A DNA stretch of 64,000 nucleotides from Takakia lepidozioides (Eukaryota > Plantae > Bryophyta), in NCBI GenBank assembly GCA_030704615.1, contig CM060731.1, forward strand, positions 75,020,001 through 75,084,000, in the 5' to 3' direction. The translations under genes were made by a program, and so were the position numbers. How positions within the stretch are numbered: the first letter of the stretch is position 1; every line of letters begins with the position of its first letter. The notes beneath the pieces were generated by a model. It saw only the letters and a list, made by a program, of their open reading frames with translations, searched no databases and was not told where the DNA came from. Below are positions 51,101 to 63,300 of the stretch, one piece after another.

Positions 51101-54100
51101 GAAGTATTTGAGGATGGATATGGATGCAATTGGAGAGCTGCCAAATCTTCTAAGCAGACTTTTACTTAACAATCAGGTAGGGCAGTCGCTGTCGGTGAGG
51201 CCTGATATATGCCCACCAGAGTATCTGGACGAGTTCGCTGTACTGCAGGTAAAGATTTGAGTTCCATTCATCTTCAGAGTTTTGTCCGTAGTGGTTCAGT
51301 TTCTCCTAGTTATTCTACCTTGCATCTAACTAGATGTTCTTTTGCTCCATTTTCTGGCAATGTCTGAGTGGTTGAGTACCCATGTTCAGTAACGAGTTAT
51401 GTTATCCATGAATTTGCAGGACAATATTCCCTCTTTTGCAACTTCACTTGCACACGCACTAATCAAGGAGGAGCTTGGTGTTGCAGTATATTTCTTTGCA
51501 CCCTTTGCTTTAAATTGGTGGCAATACAAAGTAATCTGTTGTTTGTTTCCAGTTGCTGCAAGGTTGCAAATTGAGACAAGATGCTGAATCAGGCTCAATA
51601 GAATATCTGAATATATGGGTGCGTCTATGTTGTGGTACTAGGTGGAGGATATCTTTTCCGAACTTTCTCCGGAGCCTGTTGCTGCTGCAAGTTTGGGTCA
51701 GGTACACATCTTACATGAACATAGGCCCACTCCTAACAGTTGCTGGTTAACGGTGGAAAGCACTCTGTCCCACCTTTAAAGTGCACATTCAATTTGACAT
51801 TTAATACAAATTACCAAGAGGATCTAACCTTATAGAAAGTCTGAGTGTGCCTCAGGTGTACAAAGGGAGGCTACGGTCCACTGGAGAACTGGTTGCTGTC
51901 AAGGTGAGGAATCAACCTGACCTAGCAACATTTCCTGTTGTTGCCTGTATGATGGTCCTTAGAAGAAGACATAAGTCTATTATTTAAATCATCCCATTAC
52001 TGGTCAGATAGTGGACAGATCATACTGCACATAAATTAGGACTGTATCTTTGTCATTCAAACTTCAGACTGAAACCTTCCTAGGAGTTCTCTCCGTTTTA
52101 TGGCATGATCTTAATGTGCATTTGATGTTGTAATCTTAATGGATGTTTGGCAGGTTCAGAGGCCGGGTATTGGTGACAATATTGCACTGGACATGTTTTT
52201 GGGTACAGTTCTCTCTTTGATCAATCTTCCCTCCCTTTCTGCTTGCACCAGGTGGAGGAAGCTGGACTTGTACTTACCAAACCAAAGCACATATATTGCT
52301 CTCGTACGATTTCTGACATTGTTTCAAAATGCAATTGACAAAGCTTGTCAGTACAATTATTTTATGGAGTTTTCAAATTGAGTGCAGTGCGGAAAGCAGC
52401 AGCATGGGCAGATGCAAATCTGCATATCTCAAGGACAACAGCATTGGTGGCGATAGTGGACGAGTTTGCCAGTCGCCTCTTTGCTGAGCTTGACTATGTT
52501 AAGGTAGCTTCCTTAGCTCAGCCTATCGAGAAGTGAAATGGTCAAGGTTTTCTAGCACTGTAGTGCCAAACTTCAGTTGCCCGCTTTCCAGTTTATACCC
52601 ACTTACTTCCCAATTCTGACTCCTAGCCTCCTCAAACTTCCCGCACGCCAAAATGTAGCTTCAATGAACCTGCTTGTAGTTGGAATATATGATGGTATTT
52701 CTGGATAACCAACCTCATGTATTCGGACAACATGTTGATAAGCCTGTAGTTGTCCAATTTCATCAACTAGGGTCAGATCTGCAAGCTATGCCGCTAAAGC
52801 AGGATGCATTTGTCAGCCAGCCATTTTATAAAAATTCAAGTACAACAAGGTGTCTCCATAGTATCTCCTGTAACAGTATTTCCAAGTTGTAAAAGGGGCT
52901 TCACTAGATCCACCGGTCACCTTATATGTGCATAGCTGGGGGCTTTCAACCCCTTCGGTGAGGTTTGGGGTAACCATGTTGCCCCATTTATAACCATTCC
53001 AGCAGAAGACAGTAGCCCCTTTCGAGATAATCAACACCATGATTTTCCTTTGGCAGGAGTACACCTTCTCTTTTGCTGTAATGGTATGCAGTTAACATCG
53101 TCAACTCGAGAAGGGATATAGTTGTGACGTTGCATTCAAACTGCGTAATCTCCGGTTAGATCCTTGTGACTATGGAGGTGTTCGAGCAGTTGTTCCACTT
53201 TTTGGTTACTGGTAAACTGGCTTGAATGCAGGAAGGTCATAATGCAGAGCACTTTGGGGAACTCTATGGCTCCCTTCCTCGCATCCGCGTCCCCAAAATA
53301 TATTGGGATTACACGTAAGCACAATTCATTCATATAGGAGAAGATTTGAGTGGTCACATATTCAAGAGAAATGTTGACCTTGCATCTGTCTGTGTATGTT
53401 ATGAAATTTGTTCTTTCTTTCACTGTTACATCTTTGGCTTCAATGGTGGTTCGTCTGGAATGCTGTACCTCTACTCTATTTAGATAATGTCTCTACCGGT
53501 TTTTGTGCATTAAATGCTTCATCCCCTTTAACCTGAGTATTGCTGGCTGTATGAGAGCTCCATGGAAATTCCAGGGATGAGTCTCAGATACCCTGAAGGC
53601 GGAAACCCCATAGCTGGCTCCGAGAGGGTTTACTATCCAGGGGATTATGCCTTGAAGGGTATCATAGTGAATAGTGCCAGGGAACATGCAACGAGTCCAT
53701 CTTCTTTCTTCCACGTTAATTCTTTGTCTCTGTCTTCCTTGTCTCTCTGTCTATTTCACGTATACCTGAATTATTTTCCTCAATACCTGAATTGTTTTCC
53801 TCAACATTATTTGCGAGCCCAATTGCCCAATGACCTGAGTAAATTGACTCAATCTTGTGAACAGAACAAGGAGGGTGCTGACGATGGAGTGGATAGAGGG
53901 AGTGAAACTTACCGATGATCGTGGACTCCGTGGATACGGGTTTAAAGCTGTGGATTTTGTAGACCTGGGTGTAGACTGTACTATGCACCAACTCCTGGAG
54001 CATGGTCAGTGTGGTTGCTTCTCCCTGTACGATCATATTTCAAGTTGGCTATTTCACAAATGTCCTCATAATCAGCATTTTTCTTGTGTGTATTCTGCTA

Positions 54101-57100
54101 GGCGTTGGCACGTTTATCACAAATCATGTTACTGAATATGTTCTAGTATAAATAGAAAAACTCAGGGGGAAGTGGAGCTGACAGTAGGGTTATTGGTTGC
54201 AAGGCGAAAATCAAACATTATAGCCTAAGTATGAACTCTCTCTCTGGGCATGAGGCATTTCCGGCTGCAGGCAACCTGTGGAGTTTGATATCTGGTTTTC
54301 TTGGTGCTCTTTTGCCTATCGGCCCTTGGGGACCCCAAGGAGGCATCATAAAGTTTTTTGTTTTCTTTCTCCTTTTATAAAGTACCATCTCATTTCGTTT
54401 CATTTCATTTCCTTTTATGTGTGTCTGAGTTGTTTCAGATATGGAAGGCTCCTTATGCTTGTTTCAAACCTGTCTCCTTAGAAGGCACAAAGGGGATACT
54501 CAACTTTTAATTGTTCATTCCACAGGGTACTTCCATGCGGATCCACACCCCGGAAATATCCTGGCCACCCGGGCTGGCGAACTTGTATACCTGGACTTTG
54601 GTATGATGAGTGAAGCTCCATTGTCTGCAAGGTTAGGCCCACCCTAGCTTTGCATATAGAAGGAGGAAAGGAAGATTTGAGGAGTCAACCATAGACATAC
54701 CGTTTCAACAGTGCGGCTGCCATGCCATTTGGTATTGAGGACAGAAACAGGAAGAAAGAAGGAAATGAAATAATACTATACTATGTCTGTTGAAAGCTTT
54801 GTAATGTCCCCAGGGAGCCCCAAAGGTCCATGTGACAAATTTGAGGGAGAAACTACAAGTATTTTCCAATACTCGTGACTACTCTGAGACAAATCGATGT
54901 GATAACAGATACGGAATCATGGCACATGTTGTGCACCTAGTGAACCGTGAGTATGGTGCAATGGCCCGTGACTACTACAAGCTGGGTTTCCTTGACTCGG
55001 TAAATTCTGTCCCCATCCAAGCATGCTAAAATGTGTGTTATCTTTGTGTGCTCTTTTGAGTATGCAGACTTGCTAACTAGTTGTTATGGACCCATTGTCT
55101 TCCCGCCCCATATGGTTAGCAGCACAATCATCTCCCTTTGGAAAACCAAGGTTGAGTCGTATGTTGGAACCAAACTGCTTGAGAATTCCTTGAATACCTT
55201 GCTCCTTTTTCATTGTTATTTACTGGCAGATGCACTGAATGTGGTTAGGGAAATGTTATGTTGCGGGTGACAGTCAGTGGACGTGGCACCATTGGTGCCT
55301 GTGCTGGCGGGCTTTTTCGATGATGTTCTCAATAAGTCTGTCTCTGAAATCAATCTCAAGGTCAATCTTGCACTCCCTCGAAGTGTTTGCATGGTATTCT
55401 GCTGTAAAAACTAGCCAGAAAGTAATTTGGTATCTATGCACATGAGACCAAGAAATGAAATGAAATGAAATGGTGCTTTATAACATGAGAGAGGAAACAA
55501 AACCAGAGCCAAAAATAAAAACTATTGCTCGAGTGATTGTCTAAGGGTGAAGGCCTCGTGCAGGTAAGCTGCCAAGCATTTCTGATCCTCATAGTGGAAG
55601 ACTTCAGTGAGAGATTGGGTTCCGTGGAATAGACAGTGGAATGTCCCACGGATCTCGTAGTGTAGAGGGCAATAGAAGAAGTGTTCTTCAGTTTCAAATT
55701 CCCGGTTGCGCCCTGTGCAAGCTGACATAGGCGGTCCTCCCGTTGCAGGTTTTTCCATCTGCCAGTCTCTATCCGTAGGTTGTGGGAGAAAGAAAGAAGA
55801 ATTATAACATCCATGGGAAGCTCACAGAGCTGATGGGAAATGAAATGAAATGGTGCTTTATAATGTCCACACAAAGGAAAGCAGAGAAGAAAGCAACTTG
55901 ATAACTATAGGGCAAAGGTGAACAAGAAAATAAGAGACGAAAGAAGAATAATAAACTTAATTAAGAAGATAGAGAGAGAGATAAGCAAGAGAGGAATCTA
56001 TAATGTGCACAATGTGCCTTCAATTTCATGGCAAATGGTTCCCTTGTATCCGCATGTGAAGTAGCACTAAAATGTTCAGCCTGTCCTTGTTTTTATGGCG
56101 CAAATTGCAATGGAAGACTTTCGAAGTAATCGTTGTTGCTGGATGCTACCGTGTGCAGTCCATAATTGACGGTTTATCGGAAGTGCTTTATCGCTTTCCA
56201 TTCCAAGTGCCGGCATACTATGCCCTAATTGCCCGGTCACTCACCGTTCTGGAGGGCATTGCCATGCGGTCAGATCCACAGTACAAGGTTCGTACAAGGC
56301 TATTCTCTGTGCTTCTTTCACTTATTCCTGCACATCAGAGAAAATATGACCTCCCTTCCACCTCAGGGCTGTCTCTGTCATTTTATGGTGTCCCCTCTGA
56401 TGCACACCTCCCTCACTCCACTTGACCAGGAGTGCTTGGCGACTTAACCTGCATGAGGCACTTCGATCCAAGCAACACTTGGGTCTATTGTGGTGGTTTT
56501 TAATCTTTCATCCTCTTTGCTCACATTGCTTTAGGGCCATGTGTAGCAATATGTCAATAACTTTGTATTCACATACAGAAAAGGTGCAGTTGACCAAAGG
56601 CTACTTGTGGGCCAAAGTGCTTGCACTGTTTAATTTGATTTGCACTGTTCATGACAATCACCTTCTACATCAAGCAGACTCTGACGAGTGTTGTGTCATT
56701 GATTAGGGGATGTTTGGTTGGTTCTGGTTAAGTATTGCAATGAAACTACAATCAGGTTTTTTGGAAGGCCAGTTTGCACATTTTGCTTTTCACAATGGGT
56801 CACAGGCAGGGTCCTTCAGGCTTCTTGGAAAAGCCTCTGCTGGGGTTCCAGGTAATGAGAGGTTAAATTGATGTTTTGGAATGTGCAGTTGATTGCAAGG
56901 GCGTACCCATACATTGCCAAGAGATTATTAACCGATGAAGCTGAAGAACTTCGTGTAGCCTTGGAGGAGTTCCTGATCAAAGATGGCTCATTCAGGTCCC
57001 CATCTTCTATCTCTATTTTGTCTTATGGGCCCTCCAGACCCTCTGTCGATGTTTCTGTCGGTCTTTCCATTTCATTTCTCCAAGTAGAAGATAGTTGTTT

Positions 57101-58535
57101 TTTTTGGTCCTACATACGTGATCATGGACGGATACTACCGCATCATTATGCCTTCCTACCATTTTTCTCAGTTCTCCATGACTCTTACACAAGCTTTGGG
57201 AAAATGCACAGTTGACTCCCACACTTTCCAAATCGGTACAAAGGGATTACACACCACCTCAGGATAGGATCTGCCCTGGTGGCACAACGGGCAAAGTGGA
57301 GACAGGGCATCACTATCATTTCCTGCATACTACCAGATCTAGGCAGATACTTCTCCTCCCATGATGTCATAAACTTCTAGACTTACATCTTTGGAGACTC
57401 CCCCCCTCTTTGGCAAAGGCATTCATCATTGGTGACCAGAACTGGCCACAAGCTTCCTGGCATGAGGCATTGTCTCTTAATGACGTTTGGAGTTCTTTGA
57501 TGGAGTATTCTCTTGTAGGTCTACTTTTGTCCCATGGGCACTTGAGGCCTCTGGGGACATTTAAGGTTTTTCTTCTTGCTTGCTTTCTTCTATCTTCAAA
57601 CGTTCTCTGCTGTGAAGATGAGAGGCCTGGCAATGTATCACCACAAAATTCTCCAACTGAGAATCAATTGTCATTGAGTAGTATGGTTGCACTGGGGACT
57701 GGTTTGTTTGGGGCAGGTGCTCTGTCCCTTTTGTTTGTTTTGTCCATAAACTCTCTGAGCTTCCTGTGGACATGAAGTTCTAATATGAGCTGTTGATGGT
57801 GGGTCGAACAGATGGACTCGGCTAGAGGATCTTGTAAAAGAAGGGCGCAAGGTGGGAGGCATACGGGAGGAGCAGCTCTGGTCATTTCTGCATTGGCTTG
57901 TATCAGAACAGAAGGTTGGTTCAATCCTTTGTAGGTTGATGCTTCATTGAAGGTGATGCTTGTTTACTGTACCGCTTGCTTGTGCGATTATGGGGGGTCA
58001 TTGGTGTTGGACTAAATATTTGACATTTACACAGGCTTATGGGGTTCGTGGAGCTCTCATCCATGACCTCATTCGTATCATTGAAGCAGTCGGTCTGAGT
58101 GCAACACGCACAGCAGCCTCCTCTCTTGCTGGCATCCTTCGGATCTCTCAACAGGAGGCTGAAGCCCTCCTAGATCGTGCTCTGCCCTTACGGCCAGCAG
58201 AGGTGCAAGCATTACGACGAGCACTTTTATTGCAAGATTCAGTCAGAGGTGGGACGCGTGCAAGTTCCTCAGAAGGTAAGTCTCTCCCTGAGAAGCAGGA
58301 AGAGAGAAAAGGAGGGGCACCCTGGGATGCTGCTGTTGAGATGTTATCCATGATTCCAGCAAGGATTGATGACATGCGTCAGCAGATGGATCGCACCATT
58401 CCTGAGATCCAACGGCTTGTTGAATCCCCAGGCCTCTCACAAATGGCCAACGAGATTGGGCGGGGCTTGCTTGCTCGAATGGGGGCAAGAGCTCTTCAGG
58501 TCTTGTTGAGAGAAGATCAAAAAAAGGATTTGTAG
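48163..58535 (+). CDS. ABC1/UbiB atypical kinase, ABC1K3-like, probably plastid-targeted, about 20 exons
   Basis: LGPSFIK|[27 protein letters not shown]|VYKG, VAVK|[70 protein letters not shown] and [11 protein letters not shown]. Confidence 0.92.
48905..49414 (-). mobile_element. Two tandem 3' fragments of a non-LTR retrotransposon in ABC1K intron 1
   Basis: Homologous to 55452-55800 (gattgtctaagggtgaaggcctcgtgcaggta...cacggatctcgtagt). (GAAAT)n tail at 49152. Confidence 0.7.
55452..55875 (-). mobile_element. 5'-truncated LINE (RTE/RTEX-like ORF2 C-terminus) with (ATTTC)n tail, intronic
   Basis: [19 protein letters not shown] / [23 protein letters not shown]...[11 protein letters not shown]. 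Microsatellite tails at 55452-71 and 55837-51. Confidence 0.75.
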
Positions 58536-58849
58536 AAGTCAACCTATTGTTTATAGTAAATTTAACCCCTCCAAATTGAGATTCATTGCTGAAGTTGAAG
58601 AGTCAAGCTTATGAACTGGAGATTGTAGTGTTACTTTTACTCATTCATTGTCTGGAAAACTTTGTAAAAATAGATCATGAACATATTATGAATGGTAGTA
58701 TTCTTGAATTTTTGGAAACAGCAATTGATAGTGTTATGTATTAACCCTTATGGGACCTTCACAAGGTGGAGCAGTTCTGCTATGTCAAGCTGCGGTTGTT
58801 TTCGCGTCTGATGGTCTTTGAAATTGACCCTTTCTTTTGATCATAATAC

Positions 58850-59700
58850 AATGTTTAATCATTCAATCAAGCCAGGTCGAAGCTACTGTAGATATTTTCT
58901 AATATCCAGAGACATTGCCTCTTGACCCCATCACCGGACTCCTCCACAAGGCATTCATTTTCCAACGATATGTGCTAGGGCATTGTCAATATGTTGAAGG
59001 TAATCACAGAACTTCCAATACCTCCAGATCAGCTGTCACTGAGGATATCATTGCTTCTGGATGTGCTCATTGATTGTAGGCTGAAGTTTTTCTATATAAT
59101 GGCAGCTGGTATCTCCAGCGAAACAAGTGTGGTGAAGGTGATAGTGTATGAACATGACAAGGTTGTTTGGTTTGGCTTCAACAAATATGCGCTCTTTGGC
59201 AAGGAGGGGAAAAGGGTCGTGCTACTCCCGGTGATCCAGCAGCTGAACTGTTTGACAAGTTGGAGAGGAAATACAAAAAGGGGGACAATGGTGACATTTT
59301 GTGCCCTTTCTGAGAAGAGGGGGAGACGATTTCTCACCATGACACACATCTAATATGTTTACCAGCTTTCAACATTCTCGGTTGGTCATGAATGACAGTG
59401 ATACATACAATGGTGGTGGTGCATCTCTAATGCTGCAACCAGCTCTTTCCAAAAGCCCTTTCAGCTCATCAATGTTGCAAATTGGTACAACCTGCTGTTG
59501 TCGTATGTGATCCTGAATCACTTCAGTTTTGTGAACTACAAATTCATACAACTAAAGCAGAGCATTTCACATGGTATTGGAGACAGGCAGGAATTCTTGA
59601 ATATCCTCCAACAACATAACATATTGCGACCGAGATGATCAGGATTTGAAGGAACACATGTAGAAGCGGCTCAAATCTGAATTATGGTTTCAAAGCTGCT
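58850..59700 (-). pseudogene. Decayed coding sequence of unknown family
   Basis: Reading through TGA/TAG stops gives YVMLLEDIQEFLPVSNTM*NALL*LYEFVVHKTEVIQDH... and DPFPLLAKERIFVEAKPNNLVMFIHYH...KQ*YPQ*QLIWRYWKFCDYLQHIDNAL. Confidence 0.35.
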
Positions 59701-60392
59701 ACTCAAACACAGAAGAAAACACAATGTCTTGTGAGAGGTATGACAATGAAGGGAGGACAGTGGGGGTTAGCAAGGAAAATCAGAAATCAGAACACTGTCT
59801 ATTCACGTTGGCAGTCCAGATAAATGGTGTAAGAGAAGAAACTTCCACTGAAAGCCTCCAGTAACATCACCCAATGATATTAAGACCCTAAACCAGATCA
59901 GCAAAGTAACAGGATAGACCGCCGACAAGTGTGAGAACAAGGATCCTGATTACAACGTCTATAGAAAAACGTCGTACTGACACTGTCCCAGTGTCCCCTG
60001 TTAATTAAAAGAGGGAAAAAAAAAAAAAAAAAAAAAAACTTTACACATTTGGACATCTCTTCTCTACATCAAACTGTCCGAACTGAGTAATGGGTTACAG
60101 CGACCCTCATTGGTACCTCGTCACGCTGCTGTTGCAATCGTTTCTGGCATCGGGGTTGCGAGTAGACGGACCAACTGCACAAGTGGGAATGTGCACTAAC
60201 TTACTTGAGTGGGGACAGCGATGTGGAGAAAGCCTTCGTTGCACTTCAGTGTCTGGCATTGTTGTGGCAAGCACCCCTCACTTACTGACTCCAAGGACAT
60301 TGACCCGCAGATCAGAAGCATGAAGCCGCAACCAACGATGATGATGATGTGGAGCAGCGGGTGGAAACTTTCCTTGCAAATTTCGGCAGCAG

Positions 60393-63300
60393 ATGAGACT
60401 CCAGCGCGGAAAAGAAGAATATGCTCGGACGCCTCCATCTCACCGTAGCTCCCAAAGGTCTGGACCAACACATATCTTTTGCCAATTTTCACTCTCACTG
60501 GCGGGGATGGAAACGTCTTCATGCGTTCTCCGGACTGCGCACGCCGACTGCATGCCCAAGGCGGGAGGCACCGCGTCATGCAGCGGATTGAGGGGCTCGG
60601 CTTTGGAGCTGAAAGCGGCATCCCCCTTGGCAGTGCGCACAGGACGGAATCCCTTGCATGTAGTTGCATTGGCGCCTCCCCAATCTTCAGGGGTGCCATT
60701 CAAATTAGGTGATCACACGAAACACTTTGTGGTGTGTTGTATGCACCGTAGGATCCAGGCGTGGAATTGTCTTTTGAGCAATTTAGCAGAAACAAGGCAA
60801 AGAATCGAGAAAGCACAAGTGATGTTAGACAAGGTGGAAAATTGGTATATCTTGCACGTAGGTCAACGCTGGAGCATCGAACAGCGCTGGCAGGAGTTCT
60901 ATGAAGATCAATGGTGGGACTGCAACGGTGACAAGGTGAGCTTTCTTGATGTAGGATGCCGAGGGAGTCTGATTGAACTCTGGTATGATAATAATATTGT
61001 CTGGATTGTACCCCTAGTTTTTGAGTGAAGTTCGAATTTCGCTTTGCTCTGCAAAATGTGCTCTTACTGTCAATATCGTGGGTTGTTCTTCCTAAGCAGG
61101 GAACGAACGTAGGGATTGGGCAAGGTGTTTCTCTGGGGTTCGGAAGGCACTTGGGATGGTTGAGACTGTGGCTGCTCAGCGCTCCCTGCTCGTTTCCCCA
61201 GACCACTACAAAATCTCCAGACTACAGACATAAGCAGCACACACAAGAGGGCCGGTGGATGAAGGGTGGGTTCAATCCTCCTTGGTTGAAAGAAAGACTA
61301 ATTGCCATGCCACAAGATCGAGAACAATCTCGTGATGGCGGACAGATATCAGAGAGCGGTTCTGATTCTGGTGTAGATGGTGGAGCTCCTTTGAAGCTTG
61401 CAGATGAAAGTGAGTATGACTCCCACCGACCTGATAAGGCGGGCAGCCTTGTCATGCACAAGCTTGTTTAGCATATGTGTAACTTTGGACAAGTTGGTAT
61501 GTTCCTTATTGGGTAGAGTCCAATGGAGTCCACAACGACTTGCATGAAAGTTACACTAGCACTCCTCCATTAGGGAATGGGTCAATGTGTTGATGCTGTC
61601 GGAGTTTCGGGCACAAGGTCTATTGTGGAGCATGGAGCAGCGCTGGCATGCGTTTTTTAAAGATCCGGCACTGTGGGGGGATAACCGCAACCGCAAGGTG
61701 TGGATTTCTTAATATACGATGTGAATAAAATTGCTAAAGTGGGCTCTTCCTCTCAGTATTCGTGATTTTTCTTTTTCCTTTTGTTTACAAGGTACACGGG
61801 AGGTTCAGCTTGGTCTTAGGGGGGCGTGTTTAAATATATTCAGCTGCACTCTGGTGGCTCTCACAGACCAATCCGAGATCACCTGACTACAGACACAAGC
61901 AGCGCAAACAAGAGGTCCTTTGGGTTGATGGTTGGTTGAATCCTCCTTGGGTGAAAAAAAACCTAGGTGCTTTCATGACACAAGGTCAAGGACAATGTGG
62001 TGAGAGCACCTTCTTCTCAACACGTTTCAGCCTGTTTTGTCCTCTTATCCTATGTTGAGTTCTGCAAGATAGTCATCTGGTGGATCTATGGTTGCTTGGA
62101 GTGATTTTGACATATTACTGCCAATGTGGCAATAGGCAATTATCCACAAACAGAAAGCAAAGATGAGGAGAGGCTTTGGAAAGAATATTTTTCGGACCCA
62201 AGTCAATGGTGGGACAATCGAGGCAAAAAGGTGAATGATTTTAGAGAGACAAGATGCATTGCAGCACATTTTAAATGTCTTGAAGCAATTCAGCATAGGA
62301 ACTAGACTTCGATAAGTAGGGTTGGGGTATTTGCTAGAAAAAAAATAGGTTGCCATTGTCAGCTGCTAGCAGCAAGGGGAGGATCTATGCATTATTGGTT
62401 CCGAGGCTCAGATAGCTGAAGGAGCAGGGATGGAGTGTGGGTCCAGATTTCTCCAAGAGGGCCAGAGTTTAAGCACAAGATTACCTGTGAATCCCTGTGG
62501 ATTGATAGCTACAAGAAACCTGCATGGGTAGATGGTCAACTGGAAGCAACAGCAGTGGCACAGTTGATAAAATCAGGCACCTTCACCATGACCACAGCTT
62601 CCAAAAGAGGACCAAGAGAGGGAATCCATAATACCCCTTCTGGCACTTCTGGGCATGTGAGGATGCTATGTGAGGCAGGGCGACTGAAAGAGGCTCTACA
62701 GATTCTAAATCAAGGAGGCATTTCAGCAGATTCAGACACTCATGTCTGTCTCTTGCTTAAGTGCATCAAGATGAAAAGCCTGGAAGCCGGAAAGCAGGTG
62801 CATGCTCACATTATCCGAAGCAGGGTCAGGCCAACCGTTTTCCTACACAACACCCTTGTCAACATGTATGTTAAGTGTGGAAGCATTGTGGATGCACACA
62901 AAGTGTTCCACAAAATGCCTGAACGTGGTTTGATCTCGTGGAATATTATGATGGCAGGATTTAACAAGCATGGGTGTGGTAAGAATGTTTTGGAGACATA
63001 TGAGCAAATGTTAGGGGAAGGTGTGCAGCCCAACCACATTACGTTTGTTTGTGTTTGCAATGCATGTGCAAGCCTGGCAGCCCTGGAAAAGGGCAAAGAG
63101 GTCCATGGTGACATCATCAAAGCGGGAATTGTACCAGATGTCATTCTCAGCAACACCCTTGTGGACATGTATGCCAAAGGCGGGAGCATGGAGGATGCAA
63201 AGGGAGTGTTTGATACTATGGCCGAACGAGATGTGGTGTCCTGGAACACGATGATTGCAGGATATGCACAGCATGGCTGCGGGATGGAGGCTTTGGAGAC

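Noticed and set aside
58561-58750. ttaacccc / ttaaccctta as further piggyBac-like left ends
   Set aside because: No matching right end or TIR found.
60016-60038. Poly-A run as a retrocopy tail
   Set aside because: No TSD or recognisable upstream retro-sequence; treated as a simple homopolymer.
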